Origin: Candidatus Dormiibacterota bacterium
GTDB lineage: Bacteria > Chloroflexota > Dormibacteria > Aeolococcales > Bog-877
Assembly: GCA_963804565.1 (NCBI GenBank)
Contig: CAWDQV010000001.1
Coordinates: forward strand, 1,366,643-1,430,642
Reading direction: 5' to 3'
Length of the DNA: 64,000 nt
Position 1 is the stretch's first letter. Each line of letters starts with the position of its first letter. The translations under genes and the position numbers were made by a program. The notes beneath the pieces were generated by a model, which did no database searches, was not told the origin of the DNA, and was given only the letters and a program-made list of their open reading frames with translations. Of this stretch, positions 46,972 to 57,083 are shown piece by piece.

Positions 46972-48102
46972 TCAGATCGCCACCCTCACGGGCATGATCA
47001 CGTAGCGATAGCTGTCGTCCCCGGGGGCTCGGACCAGGCCAGGTGAGAGCGGCCCGTTCAGGATCAATTCCACCTCGGGGGAGTCGATCAGGTTGAGAAC
47101 ATCCGCCACGTAGCGGGCGTTGAATGCGATTCCGAGGCTCTCTCCCTCGACGGAGGCATCGACCCCGGCCACGTTGTCACCCACCTCGTTGGTGTTCGCC
47201 GAAAGAACGATCTGGCCCGGCTCACAGCGAATCTTCAGCACATTCGCGGCATCCCTGGCGAAGAGGGAGATCACCTTGGTGGTCCTCCGCAGCTCCTCGG
47301 TGGATGCCCGAACCACCGTTTGTGACGTTGTCGGTATGACCTTCTCGTAGCTTGGATAGACCCCATCGATCAGCCTGGCTGTCAACTCGTATCCGGGAAG
47401 CTGGAACTTTACCTGGGCCCTGGTCGCGCCGACGGTGAAACTCACCGTGGCCGGACTGGTAACCACCGGCTTGAGGAGGCGGGAGAGCTCAGTAAGCGCT
47501 CGCGCGGGGATGATCACGCCCAGCTTCTCCCCCTGGCGTTCGCCGTCGGCGGCCCTGACAACCCTGATCGCCAGGCGATGTCCGTCAGTAGCTACGAGAG
47601 TCACCTCGGGCCCCGCAATCTCGGTCAGGACGCCGGTGTAGATCGGCCGGCCGTCGTCGGAACTGGCCGCCACCACCGTCTGGTCGATGGCGCTAAGCAG
47701 CGCCTGGGGCTCTAACTCAACCGTGTCCCCTTCTAGGACGTCGGTGATGGGGGGGAATTCCTTCGCGTCGACTCCCCGGATGTGCGCATCGAAGCGACCG
47801 CTCTGGAGGCTGACCGTCTGGTGAGCCGTGTCCAGCTGCCAGCGCAGCGGCTGCTCCGGGAGAGCGCTGACGAACTCGGAGAGCATCCGGGCCGGGACGG
47901 TGACCTCTCCTTCCTCCTCGACCTCGGCGGCCAAAGAGTGATGGATGGTCAGGTCGAGGTTGGTGGCGGTCAGCTGGAGGGAACCGCCCCTGGCTGCGAC
48001 CAAGACGTTATTCAAGATAGGCAGGGTCACCCGACTGGAGACCGCTCGGCCCACCGAATTGAGACCGGCACCCAGCTGCTGGGGCGAGATGGTGCATTTC
48101 AC
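46972..48102 (-). CDS. dnaN: DNA polymerase III beta sliding clamp
   Basis: 376-aa intact ORF with GTG start and three-domain clamp. C-terminus YRYVIMPVR. Confidence 0.95.
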   Translation of the reverse strand: MKCTISPQQLGAGLNSVGRAVSSRVTLPILNNVLVAARGGSLQLTATNLDLTIHHSLAAEVEEEGEVTVPARMLSEFVSALPEQPLRWQLDTAHQTVSLQSGRFDAHIRGVDAKEFPPITDVLEGDTVELEPQALLSAIDQTVVAASSDDGRPIYTGVLTEIAGPEVTLVATDGHRLAIRVVRAADGERQGEKLGVIIPARALTELSRLLKPVVTSPATVSFTVGATRAQVKFQLPGYELTARLIDGVYPSYEKVIPTTSQTVVRASTEELRRTTKVISLFARDAANVLKIRCEPGQIVLSANTNEVGDNVAGVDASVEGESLGIAFNARYVADVLNLIDSPEVELILNGPLSPGLVRAPGDDSYRYVIMPVRVAI

Positions 48103-48372
48103 TGACTAGGCCTCCTTGGCTTCAAGAGCTCTCCGCCTTCCCTTTCAACAGCCCCTCGCCGCTCTTGGTACGAGTTTGTAAAACCGTAGCCATAGTAGGG
48201 GAGTGAAGGTTGGGGAAACTGATCGAAGCTGAACTCGGTTTGCCGGTGGACAGCCTGTGGAAATCTCTGTGTGGTTCGGCTGCCTTGCGAGCACTTTCCG
48301 GGCCGTTCGGGGTTGCCCACAGGGGTTGGGTCTCGGGTAACAGGGCCACTGGAAAAGATGTGCTGATCCGGT
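48103..48372. other. candidate oriC segment (dnaA-dnaN spacer with DnaA-box-like 9-mers)
   Basis: TGTGGAAAT at 48256-48264, TGTGGTTCG at 48270-48278 and TTGCCCACA at 48313-48321. Each has 1-3 mismatches to TTATCCACA or TTGTCCACA type boxes. Confidence 0.35.
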
Positions 48373-49773
48373 CTAGCGAGACAGGAGGAGCTCCCGCAGC
48401 CTGGCGACGTCGTCGGCGACCCTGGGGTCTTCCTTGGCTTCGTTGAAGATCTTCTCAAAGGAGTGGAGGACGGTCGTGTGGTCGCGACCGCCGAAGACCT
48501 GGCCGATAGCCGGCAGACTCATCGCGATCTCCTCTCGGATGAGGTACATAGCCATCTGGCGGGGGAAGACGATGTGCTTGTCCCGACGCTTGCTGCGCAT
48601 CTCGTCGACCGAGATACCGTAGTAGTCGGCGACCACCTGCTGCACCAGGTCGACCGACAGTGGCTTGGTATCGGCGGAAGGGATGATGTCGCGCAGGATC
48701 TCGGATACCTGGGTCATCGACGGGCTCTCGCCGCCGGCAATCGAGGCGTGTGCTAAGACGCGGATCAACGCCCCCTCCAACTCCCGGATGTTCTTCTGGA
48801 TCTTGAAGGCGATGAAGGAGAGAACTTCCTCGCTCAGCGGGCTATGAGCCGGGTCTAACTTGCTCCGCAGAATCGCCAAGCGTGTCTCGAAGTCGGGGGG
48901 TTGGATGTCCGCCATCAGGCCCCCTTCGAAGCGCGTCCGGAGCCGCTCCTCGAGGGTGGGTATCTCGCGAGGAGGGCGGTCGCTGCTGATCACGATCTGG
49001 CGATTCACCTCTTGCAGGGCGTTGAAGGTGTGGAAGAACTCCTCCTGGGTCCGATCCTTCCCGGCCAGGAATTGGATGTCATCTACCAGAAGCACGTCGA
49101 CCGTGCGGTAGCGGGCCCGAAACTGGGCCATCCGGTTCTCCTGGATCGACGTGATCATCTGGTTCATGAAGCTCTCGGAGGTGACGTAGGCGACCCGCAG
49201 CCGATGGCTCTGCCAGACGGCGTGGCCAACGGCGTGCATGAGGTGCGTCTTTCCCAGCCCCACCCCTCCGTAGAGGAACAGGGGGTTATAGGCCCGGCTG
49301 GGCGAGTCGGCCACCGCCCGGCAGGCCGCGTAGGCGAAACGTGAATTGTTGCCGTCCACGAAGGCGTTGAAGGTGTAGCGCTGGTTGAGGCCCGGGACCG
49401 TCTCGGCGATACCCTCGGAGCGGTCGTCGGTCAGCACTACCGGCCCCTTGGCGTCGAGAGGCAGCGGCGCTGCTCCGTCCTCGCCGGCGGTCTGAACGGC
49501 GAAGTCGACCTCCACGTCACGGTTCAGAATCGCTGAGAGGGTCTCGCGGATCACCGCTGAATACCGGTCGCTGACCCAGTCCCGGGCCAAGGGTGTCGGC
49601 ACCCCGATGGTCGCCCGGGCCTCCTCAATGTCGAACGTCAGGAGTCGTGCGTTCTTGAGCCAGGCCTCGTAGCCGGGGCGACTCACCTGGAAGCGGAGTT
49701 CCTCCTGAGCGGCGGTCCAGAGTTGGTCGGAGGAGAGGCTCACCGAGAGCCCCGCACGGGAGTCAGAGCGCAC
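48373..49773 (-). CDS. dnaA: chromosomal replication initiator DnaA
   Basis: 466 aa with AAA+ Walker A GGVGLGKTHL and the domain IV motif. The start could alternatively be GTG 49743. Confidence 0.95.
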   Translation of the reverse strand: MRSDSRAGLSVSLSSDQLWTAAQEELRFQVSRPGYEAWLKNARLLTFDIEEARATIGVPTPLARDWVSDRYSAVIRETLSAILNRDVEVDFAVQTAGEDGAAPLPLDAKGPVVLTDDRSEGIAETVPGLNQRYTFNAFVDGNNSRFAYAACRAVADSPSRAYNPLFLYGGVGLGKTHLMHAVGHAVWQSHRLRVAYVTSESFMNQMITSIQENRMAQFRARYRTVDVLLVDDIQFLAGKDRTQEEFFHTFNALQEVNRQIVISSDRPPREIPTLEERLRTRFEGGLMADIQPPDFETRLAILRSKLDPAHSPLSEEVLSFIAFKIQKNIRELEGALIRVLAHASIAGGESPSMTQVSEILRDIIPSADTKPLSVDLVQQVVADYYGISVDEMRSKRRDKHIVFPRQMAMYLIREEIAMSLPAIGQVFGGRDHTTVLHSFEKIFNEAKEDPRVADDVARLRELLLSR

Positions 49774-50563
49774 GGAACGGAGCGCAATTCACACCTTCTG
49801 CACAGGAGTGGAAAACCCATCTCGAGGGGTAGATTCACCCTGTAGAAGAGAGAAGCTCGGACCGGGTCACGCCCACCCCTGCGGTCGCTCCCGGATGGTA
49901 GCACCGACCACCCTGCCGCGCAATGCTGATACGAGCCTTGCTACACGGAGTGTTGCCGTGCAACGCAGCGACATTCGCATCAATGTCGCACACCGTACAC
50001 AACCGGTATGGGAGTGCAGATGTTCGGGCACAAGCAAACCACGGGATCTCGGAGGGAGGGACGAAACCGCCGTTGAGAGCAGGAGCCGCGTCGACGCGAT
50101 CCGAGAAAGCGCCACGAATATAAGGAGTTTCTGAGAGGATTCCAGGAAGCCAGCTGCCCGTCTCTCGGCCGCACATGCGCTCCGCTTTCGTGTGATGTGA
50201 ACGCTGCTGTGCTCTACGCGCACATCTGCCGGAAAGCTTGCGAGGTTCCGTCGAGCGACGGACGCACCCAGCGCGAAGCTGCGCAATAAGCGTGTGCTGC
50301 AGTCCGCGTGGAGGCGAAGTCAACCGCTCCGAAGGGCTGATGTGATTGGCCCGAGGGCGAGGCTCATGCCACGCCGCGAGGAGTCACGGCAGCCCCCACC
50401 CAGTGACCAGGCGATGGGCGCCGGATCGAGGCCCGATCGGGGGCCGCTCGCCGCCGTCTGCTATCCTCAGCGCCGGTCTACCGAGAGGAGCAACGCCCGC
50501 GGCGGACTTGGTTTTGAGGGCCCTTGCCGGGCCCCAGGTCTGAGGACGCAAAGGAATCTGGAC

Positions 50564-50710
50564 ATCAAGAGAACCTTTCAGCCCAAGAAGCGCTACCGCA
50601 GGAAGACGCACGGCTTCCGGGCCCGAATGTCGACCCCCGGTGGTGTTCGTGTCATCAAGCGCCGCCGCCTGAAGGGCCGCCTGCGTCTGACACCCGCGCC
50701 CGTGCGGTGA
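50564..50710 (+). CDS. rpmH: 50S ribosomal protein L34
   Basis: [22 protein letters not shown]... is unmistakable L34. The position of the usual Met is ATC 50564-50566, 8 nt after RBS AAGGA. The only other nearby option is CTG 50558. Confidence 0.85.
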   Translation: MKRTFQPKKRYRRKTHGFRARMSTPGGVRVIKRRRLKGRLRLTPAPVR

Positions 50711-51039
50711 AGACCAAATACCGTCTCCGTCACTCCGCCGACTTCGCGGCTGTGAGGGCGGAGCGGAGGGGCGCAGGGGACTCGACGCTGCGCGTCCAAG
50801 TGAGGCCGAATTCAGCTGGGCACCCCAGGGTGGGAATCGTGGTGACCAAGCGTCTCGGGGGAGCAGTGGCGCGGAACCGTTTGCGCCGGCGCCTTCGGGC
50901 AGTCATCAGTGAGAGCCTGAGTGAACTGGGCGCCTACGACGTTGTGCTCCGCCCGCAATCCCCCGCGGTAGAGGCCGACTCGGAAGCACTAGCCGCTTCG
51001 CTGAGGCGGTCGCTGCTCCAGTCCGGAGCCAGCCGGTGA
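50707..51039 (+). CDS. rnpA: ribonuclease P protein component
   Basis: GTG 50707 overlaps the rpmH TGA. Motifs: [12 protein letters not shown] and [14 protein letters not shown] (RNR motif). Confidence 0.85.
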   Translation: MKTKYRLRHSADFAAVRAERRGAGDSTLRVQVRPNSAGHPRVGIVVTKRLGGAVARNRLRRRLRAVISESLSELGAYDVVLRPQSPAVEADSEALAASLRRSLLQSGASR

Positions 51040-51278
51040 AGAAGGTTTCTCTCTGGGCAATCGCAATCTACCAGGCCACTCTGAGCCCGGTATTTGGAAT
51101 GATGTCGTCGTGCCGCTACGAGCCCAGCTGCTCCCACTACACCTATGAGGCGATCCAGCTCTACGGTTTCCGACGAGGTTGGTGGATGGGCATCCGACGG
51201 ATCGTGCGCTGTAACCCATTCCATCCCGGGGGGTACGACCCAGTGCCGCTGCCTGAGGAGCTGACGCATGGGCGGTGA
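51036..51278 (+). CDS. yidD: membrane protein insertion efficiency factor YidD
   Basis: 80 aa with CRYEPSCSHY...CNPFHPGGYDP. Confidence 0.9.
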   Translation: MKKVSLWAIAIYQATLSPVFGMMSSCRYEPSCSHYTYEAIQLYGFRRGWWMGIRRIVRCNPFHPGGYDPVPLPEELTHGR

Positions 51279-52263
51279 GTTCCTGACCTTCGTCAACCCC
51301 GCGGCGCCGCCGCCGTCCAACCCGATTCTGGCGATCTTCTTCTACGTCCTGCTCACGCCGATTGCGGTGACGCTGCAATTCCTCGACCACGTCTTCCAAG
51401 GCTTTGGGCCAACGGCGGCGATCGGTGCGTTTGGTGTGGCTGTCATCGTGCTGACGATGGTCATCCGCGGACTTCTCTTCCCGCTGTTCCGCTGGCAGAT
51501 TCGCACGCAATGGAAGATCCAAGCAGACCAGCGCCGGATAGGCCCGGAATTGCGCGAGTTGCAAGCGAAATACAAGAAAGACAAGCCCCGGCTACAAGCC
51601 GAAACCATGGAGCTTTACAAACGGCACGAGATCAACCCCCTGAGTCAGCTCTCAGGGTGCTTCCCCCTCCTGATCCAGTTGCCTTTCATTTATGCGCTGT
51701 TCGGGTCCATCAACAAGCTGTCCAAAGGGCTTCATGGCCACGCCAGCTTTCTCTGGATCTCAAATCTCGACAAGTCGGCCCTGAAGGCGGGACTGCTCAC
51801 CCATCCCACGCTGATAATCGTGCCCATCCTGGCAGGCGTGCTGACCTTCGCGCAGTCGAAGATGATGATGCAGCAGCAGCGCCCCGACATGACCGATCAG
51901 GAACGTCAGATGTACCGGGTCATGGCGCAGACGACGTACCTGATGCCGGTACTGATCGCCGTCTTCGCCTTGAACTTCAGTCAGGGCATTGGCCTCTACT
52001 GGATCACCCAGAGCGGAATCATGGTCCTTCAGATTTTCTCGATGATGGGTTGGGGTGGCCTACGAGTGCCGCCGTGGTTCCCCGGAGCGGGTTGGCGGCC
52101 AAAGAACTCGCCCATGGGGCAGGCCCTTGCGGCCCAGGTGCCGGCGACTGCCTTGGCCGGATCTGGCAATGGCAACGTGGCATCCGGCACCCCACGACGC
52201 CCCCAGAACCGGCCCCAGGCTCGTCGCTCTAGGAACAGGGAGCGAGGGCGGCCTCGCCGCTAG
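51268..52263 (+). CDS. yidC: membrane protein insertase YidC (short form)
   Basis: 331 aa with 60-kDa-IMP core (LYKRHEINPLS, GCFPLLIQLP, GIGLYW) and a basic C-terminal tail. Confidence 0.9.
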   Translation: MGGEFLTFVNPAAPPPSNPILAIFFYVLLTPIAVTLQFLDHVFQGFGPTAAIGAFGVAVIVLTMVIRGLLFPLFRWQIRTQWKIQADQRRIGPELRELQAKYKKDKPRLQAETMELYKRHEINPLSQLSGCFPLLIQLPFIYALFGSINKLSKGLHGHASFLWISNLDKSALKAGLLTHPTLIIVPILAGVLTFAQSKMMMQQQRPDMTDQERQMYRVMAQTTYLMPVLIAVFALNFSQGIGLYWITQSGIMVLQIFSMMGWGGLRVPPWFPGAGWRPKNSPMGQALAAQVPATALAGSGNGNVASGTPRRPQNRPQARRSRNRERGRPRR

Positions 52264-52269
52264 GCCGAA

Positions 52270-52959
52270 ATGGCACCAAGCGAAGTCACATTTGAGGGCG
52301 AGGGCGCCACCGTCGAAGAGGCGACCTTAGCCGCGTGTCGAGCGGGTGGGTTGGAGCCAGGCTCGGTGATGGTCGAAGTGATCAGCGAGGGCGGAGTGGG
52401 AGTTCCCGGTGAGCGACTCTCTGGGGCTAAGGCTCGGGTCGTAGTCCAGCCAATTCCTCTCCAAGGGCTGGTGGGGAAGAGAAATCTCCAAACGATCTTG
52501 CGATTGATGGACATCGAGGCAGAGGTCCACGTGAAGTCCGTGTCCGCCGTCGCTTCTGATACTGGCGAGAGCAAAGAGCCGCCACCGGTCGTGCTCGAGG
52601 TGGAGGGCGTAGACCTAGGAGTGCTGATCGGGTGGCGGGGAGAGTCTCTCCGTGCCCTGCAAACCGTAATCAACTTGATGCTGGGCGAGAGCGGCCTGAC
52701 GCCCGGAGCACCTCGCCTCATCGTGGACGTGGCAAATTACCGCAAGCGCCGCGAAAACGCCGTGGCTCAGATGGCCCTCCGCTTGGCCGCCGGGGTCGCG
52801 CGCAACGGTCGCCCGGTCACCCTCGAGCCCATGCAGCCCTACGAGCGCCGGGCAGTGCACCTGGCGCTGGCCGGGGACCCGGCCGTGACTACGGAGAGCA
52901 GTGGCACCGACGGCGAACGCCGAGTGACCATCCGGCCTTCCGGAGCGACCGGACGCTGA
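52270..52959 (+). CDS. Jag/KhpB RNA-binding protein (KH + R3H)
   Basis: 229 aa with a KH-like segment (IGWRGESLRALQ) and R3H (EPMQPYERRAVH). Confidence 0.85.
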   Translation: MAPSEVTFEGEGATVEEATLAACRAGGLEPGSVMVEVISEGGVGVPGERLSGAKARVVVQPIPLQGLVGKRNLQTILRLMDIEAEVHVKSVSAVASDTGESKEPPPVVLEVEGVDLGVLIGWRGESLRALQTVINLMLGESGLTPGAPRLIVDVANYRKRRENAVAQMALRLAAGVARNGRPVTLEPMQPYERRAVHLALAGDPAVTTESSGTDGERRVTIRPSGATGR

Positions 52960-53576
52960 TTCGGAGCCCCGGCCGGAGTTGGGCCGGCCCACTTCTCGGT
53001 GGGGGTATTGCCATCTTGTTAGTCGGGTGTGGTAGCTCCGCCGCGCTGATCCAAACCCCGCCCCGCTCGCTGGTACTCACCTTGTCGCAACTGCCATACC
53101 CTGGGTTCGTGGCTGAGAGTGGATCTAAGAACACCGGTGTCATTAGCAACAAGGAAGCCTCTGGCGGTGAAGCCTCCGTGCTGCACCAATACGAGACGGA
53201 GGGTCGCTCGACCGGTTACGTCGCTACCTTCGACCGAGAGGTGAGTCCACAAGAGGTGGTCGGGCCGGTCGTGATTGCCAGCTACGCGGTGATGTACAAC
53301 ACCGCCGACGGGGCGGCCAACGGGTTTCGTCTGGATCAGAAGCAATTGGCCTCCGAAGGCTGGCAACAGGTCTCGACCGGCCCGCTCGCGGATCAGGCGG
53401 TGGCGTTCACCGAAATGAAGGAGCTCGACGAGACGGAATACCAATCGTTCGTGCTGGACTGGCGGCAGTCCAACGTGGTCAACGAGATCCGCATCGCAGG
53501 CAACGCCGCGACCCTAGACCTCACATACGCGCTCACCCTGGCCCGCGTCCAGCAGCGCGCCGAGGTCGCGCGATAG
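52956..53576 (+). CDS. hypothetical lipoprotein
   Basis: The frame of ORF 52632..53576 carries the lipobox ILLVGC (Cys codon 53028-53030). After the Jag stop, no ATG/GTG/TTG precedes the signal peptide. The only candidates are CTG 52956 and ATT 52959. Confidence 0.5.
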   Translation: MIRSPGRSWAGPLLGGGIAILLVGCGSSAALIQTPPRSLVLTLSQLPYPGFVAESGSKNTGVISNKEASGGEASVLHQYETEGRSTGYVATFDREVSPQEVVGPVVIASYAVMYNTADGAANGFRLDQKQLASEGWQQVSTGPLADQAVAFTEMKELDETEYQSFVLDWRQSNVVNEIRIAGNAATLDLTYALTLARVQQRAEVAR

Positions 53577-54929
53577 GTGACGACCATCAGTTCCGGAGCA
53601 CCTTCCAACCCCAGGCGCACGGACCCTAATTGGGAACTGATCCAGCTACGGAACGGTGCCCAGCTGGTGGTGGCGCCCATGGCAGGCCGCGACTCGGTTG
53701 CCGCCTCGATCTTGATACGAGTGGGGTCGCGCTGGGAGACCAAGCGGCTCGCTGGTATCTCGCACTTTCTGGAGCACATCGTGTTCAAAGGCACCGAGCG
53801 ATTTCCCACCAGTCGCGATGTCTCCCAGTCGATCGAGGGGATCGGGGGTGTCCTCAACGCGAGCACCGATAAGGAGCTGACCACCTTCTGGGTGAAAGTT
53901 CCGGGCGCCCATCTGGAGTTGGCGCTGAGGCTGCTTTTCGATCTGGCTTTCGCGCCCCGGATCGCCGAAGACGAAGCAGAACGCGAGCGCAACGTCGTGA
54001 TCGAAGAGCTGCTCATGTACTTGGACCAGCCCGGTGATGTGGTGCAGATGATCTTCGACGAGCTCCTGTGGGGAGATCACCCTCTGGCACGGGACCCCGC
54101 CGGTACGAAGGCCTCGCTGGCGCGGATCGGCGCAGCCGAGCTGAACGCCTATCGCCGGGACTTGTATGTGCCAGACCGGGTGGTGGTGGTGCTCTCCGGC
54201 GGCTTCGATCCGGACAAGGCCCGGGTGCTTGTGGACCGCTGCTTCGACGAGCAGTTGCCGCCACCAGGAACGAGTCTCAACCACGGCCACCACCGCGACG
54301 GTGGGGTTCCGGCACCACTTGGAGCGGATCCCGTGGCTAGGGTGCGCAAGCGCCGGGGCGAACAGGTTCACCTCCTGCTCGGGCTGCGCTGCTCGTCATA
54401 TCTGGATCCCGAGCGGTGGGCGCTGGATGTGCTCAACACGTTATTGGGCGAGGGAATGAGCAGCCGCCTGTTTTTGGAACTCCGAGAAAAGCAGGCGCTG
54501 GCATACGACATCCACTCCTTTGCCACGCGGCACCGGGATTCGGGCTCGTTCGGCGTCTACATCGCTACCCAGCCGGAGCAGGTCGACACAGCTATTCGGG
54601 GCGCCCTGGCGGAGGTCGGGCGTCTGGTACGCGAGCGCCTCGGCGCGGAAGAGCTGGAGCGGACCAAGACGCAGATCGAGGGGAGGCTGCGTCTTCAACT
54701 CGAGGGCACCAGCGCAATGGCCGAGTTCCTAGGACATCAGGCCGCTCTGACAGGTACTGTGATGTCGCCTGATGAGGTGATCTCCGCAGTGAGGTCGGTA
54801 AGCGCCGAGGACGTTCAAGCTACTGCCCAGGGAACGTTCACACGGAGTGGCTGGCGCCTGGCTACGGTCGGGCCAGGACCCGACCTGGAGGTGGCTCTGG
54901 CAGCTATCGCCGGCGGAGTTGAAGAATGA
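53577..54929 (+). CDS. M16-family zinc metallopeptidase (pitrilysin-like)
   Basis: 450 aa with HFLEH zinc motif. GTG start directly abuts the preceding stop. Confidence 0.9.
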   Translation: MTTISSGAPSNPRRTDPNWELIQLRNGAQLVVAPMAGRDSVAASILIRVGSRWETKRLAGISHFLEHIVFKGTERFPTSRDVSQSIEGIGGVLNASTDKELTTFWVKVPGAHLELALRLLFDLAFAPRIAEDEAERERNVVIEELLMYLDQPGDVVQMIFDELLWGDHPLARDPAGTKASLARIGAAELNAYRRDLYVPDRVVVVLSGGFDPDKARVLVDRCFDEQLPPPGTSLNHGHHRDGGVPAPLGADPVARVRKRRGEQVHLLLGLRCSSYLDPERWALDVLNTLLGEGMSSRLFLELREKQALAYDIHSFATRHRDSGSFGVYIATQPEQVDTAIRGALAEVGRLVRERLGAEELERTKTQIEGRLRLQLEGTSAMAEFLGHQAALTGTVMSPDEVISAVRSVSAEDVQATAQGTFTRSGWRLATVGPGPDLEVALAAIAGGVEE

Positions 54930-54975
54930 TCTGGCCTCCGAAGTGCTGCGCAGAAGCGGACGAGGGTTGGAGGAA

Positions 54976-55431
54976 ATGACGGTGGAAAGAACCTTGGTCC
55001 TGGTGAAGCCTGACGGAGTCCAGCGGGGACTGGTGGGGGAGTTGGTGGGCCGTTTCGAGCGCCGAGGCCTGCATCTCGTCGGCCTCAAGCTAACGATCGT
55101 CTCCCGCGCGGTCGCTGAGCAGCATTACGGCGAGCACCGCGGCCGCCCCTTCTTCGACGCCGTAATCGATTTCCTCACCTCCGCTCCGGTGGTCGCGATG
55201 GTCTGGGAGGGACCAAACGTCGTGAGCATGGTCCGGGAGATGATGGGGCCGACCAACCCAGCGACCGCACCTCCGGGAACCATCCGCGGCGACTACGGAA
55301 TCGACATTGGACAGAACATCATCCACGGTTCAGACAGCCCTGGTCGTGCCGAAGAGGAGATCGCCCTCTTCTTCCACGACGCAGAACTCGCTACCTGGGA
55401 GCGAGGTGGCGGGAGCTGGATTTACTCCTAG
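54976..55431 (+). CDS. ndk: nucleoside-diphosphate kinase
   Basis: Trimmed to [15 protein letters not shown]. Active-site region NIIHGSDS. Confidence 0.95.
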   Translation: MTVERTLVLVKPDGVQRGLVGELVGRFERRGLHLVGLKLTIVSRAVAEQHYGEHRGRPFFDAVIDFLTSAPVVAMVWEGPNVVSMVREMMGPTNPATAPPGTIRGDYGIDIGQNIIHGSDSPGRAEEEIALFFHDAELATWERGGGSWIYS

Positions 55432-56170
55432 CGCCGCGACGGCGGAGCCGCCGGGTCGGTAGCACCATTCCCGCCGCGAAAACCAGGCTGACTGTCGGCT
55501 TCTGTCCCGGAACAAGGCCAAGTTCGTTGAGCGGCCAGAAACGGGCGATGGCAACTGCTCGGATGCCACTCCGAGGCTCGAAGCCGAAGGTGCGGGAATC
55601 CTCGGAAAAGTTGCGATTATCACCCATCACGAAGTAGTCCTTCGCCGGGATGTGCACCCACCGTCCGGTGAGCGGCAACAGCGGCGAAAAGGTGCCCGTC
55701 GCAGTGCAGCACTCCACCTCATCAGCCCACACACCGTTGATGTAAGGCTCCTTCAGCTGAATGCCTCCCGTAGCTGACTTGGGCTTGGTCTCGCTGATGA
55801 AGACATGGCCTACGTGATCACTCGCTGGGGCGATGCGCAGCCACTCTCCGGGAAGACCAATGACTCGTTTGATGAAGTCGTCGCTCGACGGAATGGGCGG
55901 CTTGATGATCACGATGTCTCCGCGGGACGGACCCTCGAAGTACAAAGACACCTTCTCTGCAATCAGCAGGTTGTTGTTCTGGAGACCGGGGAACATGCTG
56001 GTCCCCTCGACATGAACCGGCTGGATCGCGAAGGCGATCAGGAGATAAATCAGCGCCGCTAGGGCGACCACCTCCACAAGGTCCCGGACCAGAGATCGAG
56101 GACGACTACCACTTTGTGTGGTGCCCCGATCTCCAGCGCGATCGGAAACCATCCCCGAGTCAGTTTGCAC
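55391..56170 (-). CDS. lepB: signal peptidase I
   Basis: GTSMFPGL (Ser box), [16 protein letters not shown] (Lys box), [13 protein letters not shown]. Confidence 0.9.
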   Translation of the reverse strand: MQTDSGMVSDRAGDRGTTQSGSRPRSLVRDLVEVVALAALIYLLIAFAIQPVHVEGTSMFPGLQNNNLLIAEKVSLYFEGPSRGDIVIIKPPIPSSDDFIKRVIGLPGEWLRIAPASDHVGHVFISETKPKSATGGIQLKEPYINGVWADEVECCTATGTFSPLLPLTGRWVHIPAKDYFVMGDNRNFSEDSRTFGFEPRSGIRAVAIARFWPLNELGLVPGQKPTVSLVFAAGMVLPTRRLRRRGARSKSSSRHLAPR

Positions 56171-56207
56171 CCCGGCAGTATAGGGAGGGGAGAAATTGGC
56201 CCTCTGG

Positions 56208-57014
56208 CTAGATCGAGATCGCCAGCCGCTCTAAAAGTCCGTTCAGTTCCTCGTCCGAGAAGTATTCGATGATGATCCTCCCCCGCCCCTTGCGCCCCGC
56301 CAGAATCTTGACTCTGGTGCTGAGCCGCTGGGTGAGCGCCTCTTCGATGGCAGCCAGCGCTGAACCGGAGTCGTTGTCGGCCTGAGCCGGTCGGCCGGGG
56401 CGTTGGTCGGTCGCCTGCTGTGCGACCAGACGCTCGGTTTCTCGGACCGAGAGGCTCTGGGCGACGATCCGGCTGAGCATCCTTTCCTGGGCCTGTGAGT
56501 CCGGCAACGAAAGCAGGGCCCTCCCATGAGCCGGCGCAATTTGCCCGCCCTGAATCGCTAACTGCACCGCTGGAGCGGTCTGCAGCAGGCGCATGGTGTT
56601 AGCTACCCCGGACCGGCTCCGCCCTACCCGTTGGGCAACCTCCTCCTGAGTGAGGCCGAAGACGTCGCACAGTCGGGCGAAAGCACGGGCTTCGTCGAGA
56701 GCGGAAATGTCACTTCGCTGAAGGTTTTCTACCAGCGCGACCTCGAGCTTCTCGCGATCGGGGCCAACCGGCCGGACTAGAGCGGGCACTCTGCCGAGCC
56801 CGGCCAGCTGGGCCGCGCGCAAGCGCCGCTCCCCAGCTACTAGGCGGAATCGCGGGCCGTTCGCCTCGACAACCAAAGGCTGCAGTAAGCCATACGTCTG
56901 GATCGACTCAGCTAGAGCCCGCAGCGATGCCTCGTCGAACGAGCTCCGAGGCTGCTCCGGGTTGGGGTCGATCAGCGCGATCGGAACGTCCCTGGTCCCC
57001 TGCCCCCCGAGCAT
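56208..57014 (-). CDS. parB: chromosome partitioning protein ParB
   Basis: 268 aa with IDPNPEQPR, GLLQPLVV and the GERRLRAA box, plus an HTH region. Confidence 0.9.
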   Translation of the reverse strand: MLGGQGTRDVPIALIDPNPEQPRSSFDEASLRALAESIQTYGLLQPLVVEANGPRFRLVAGERRLRAAQLAGLGRVPALVRPVGPDREKLEVALVENLQRSDISALDEARAFARLCDVFGLTQEEVAQRVGRSRSGVANTMRLLQTAPAVQLAIQGGQIAPAHGRALLSLPDSQAQERMLSRIVAQSLSVRETERLVAQQATDQRPGRPAQADNDSGSALAAIEEALTQRLSTRVKILAGRKGRGRIIIEYFSDEELNGLLERLAISI

Positions 57015-57083
57015 TGGGCTGAAGTCAGTGGCGCCGGTCGGGAATAAGCTGCTCCAATCCGCGCCCGAGCCCGCGCCTCTTGG

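Noticed and set aside
50131-50289. Cys-rich 52-codon ORF (CTG start after AAGGAG) in the dnaA-rpmH spacer
   Set aside because: It has a non-canonical start only 3 nt from the SD-like sequence, and mixed third-position composition unlike real genes here. No homology was recognised.
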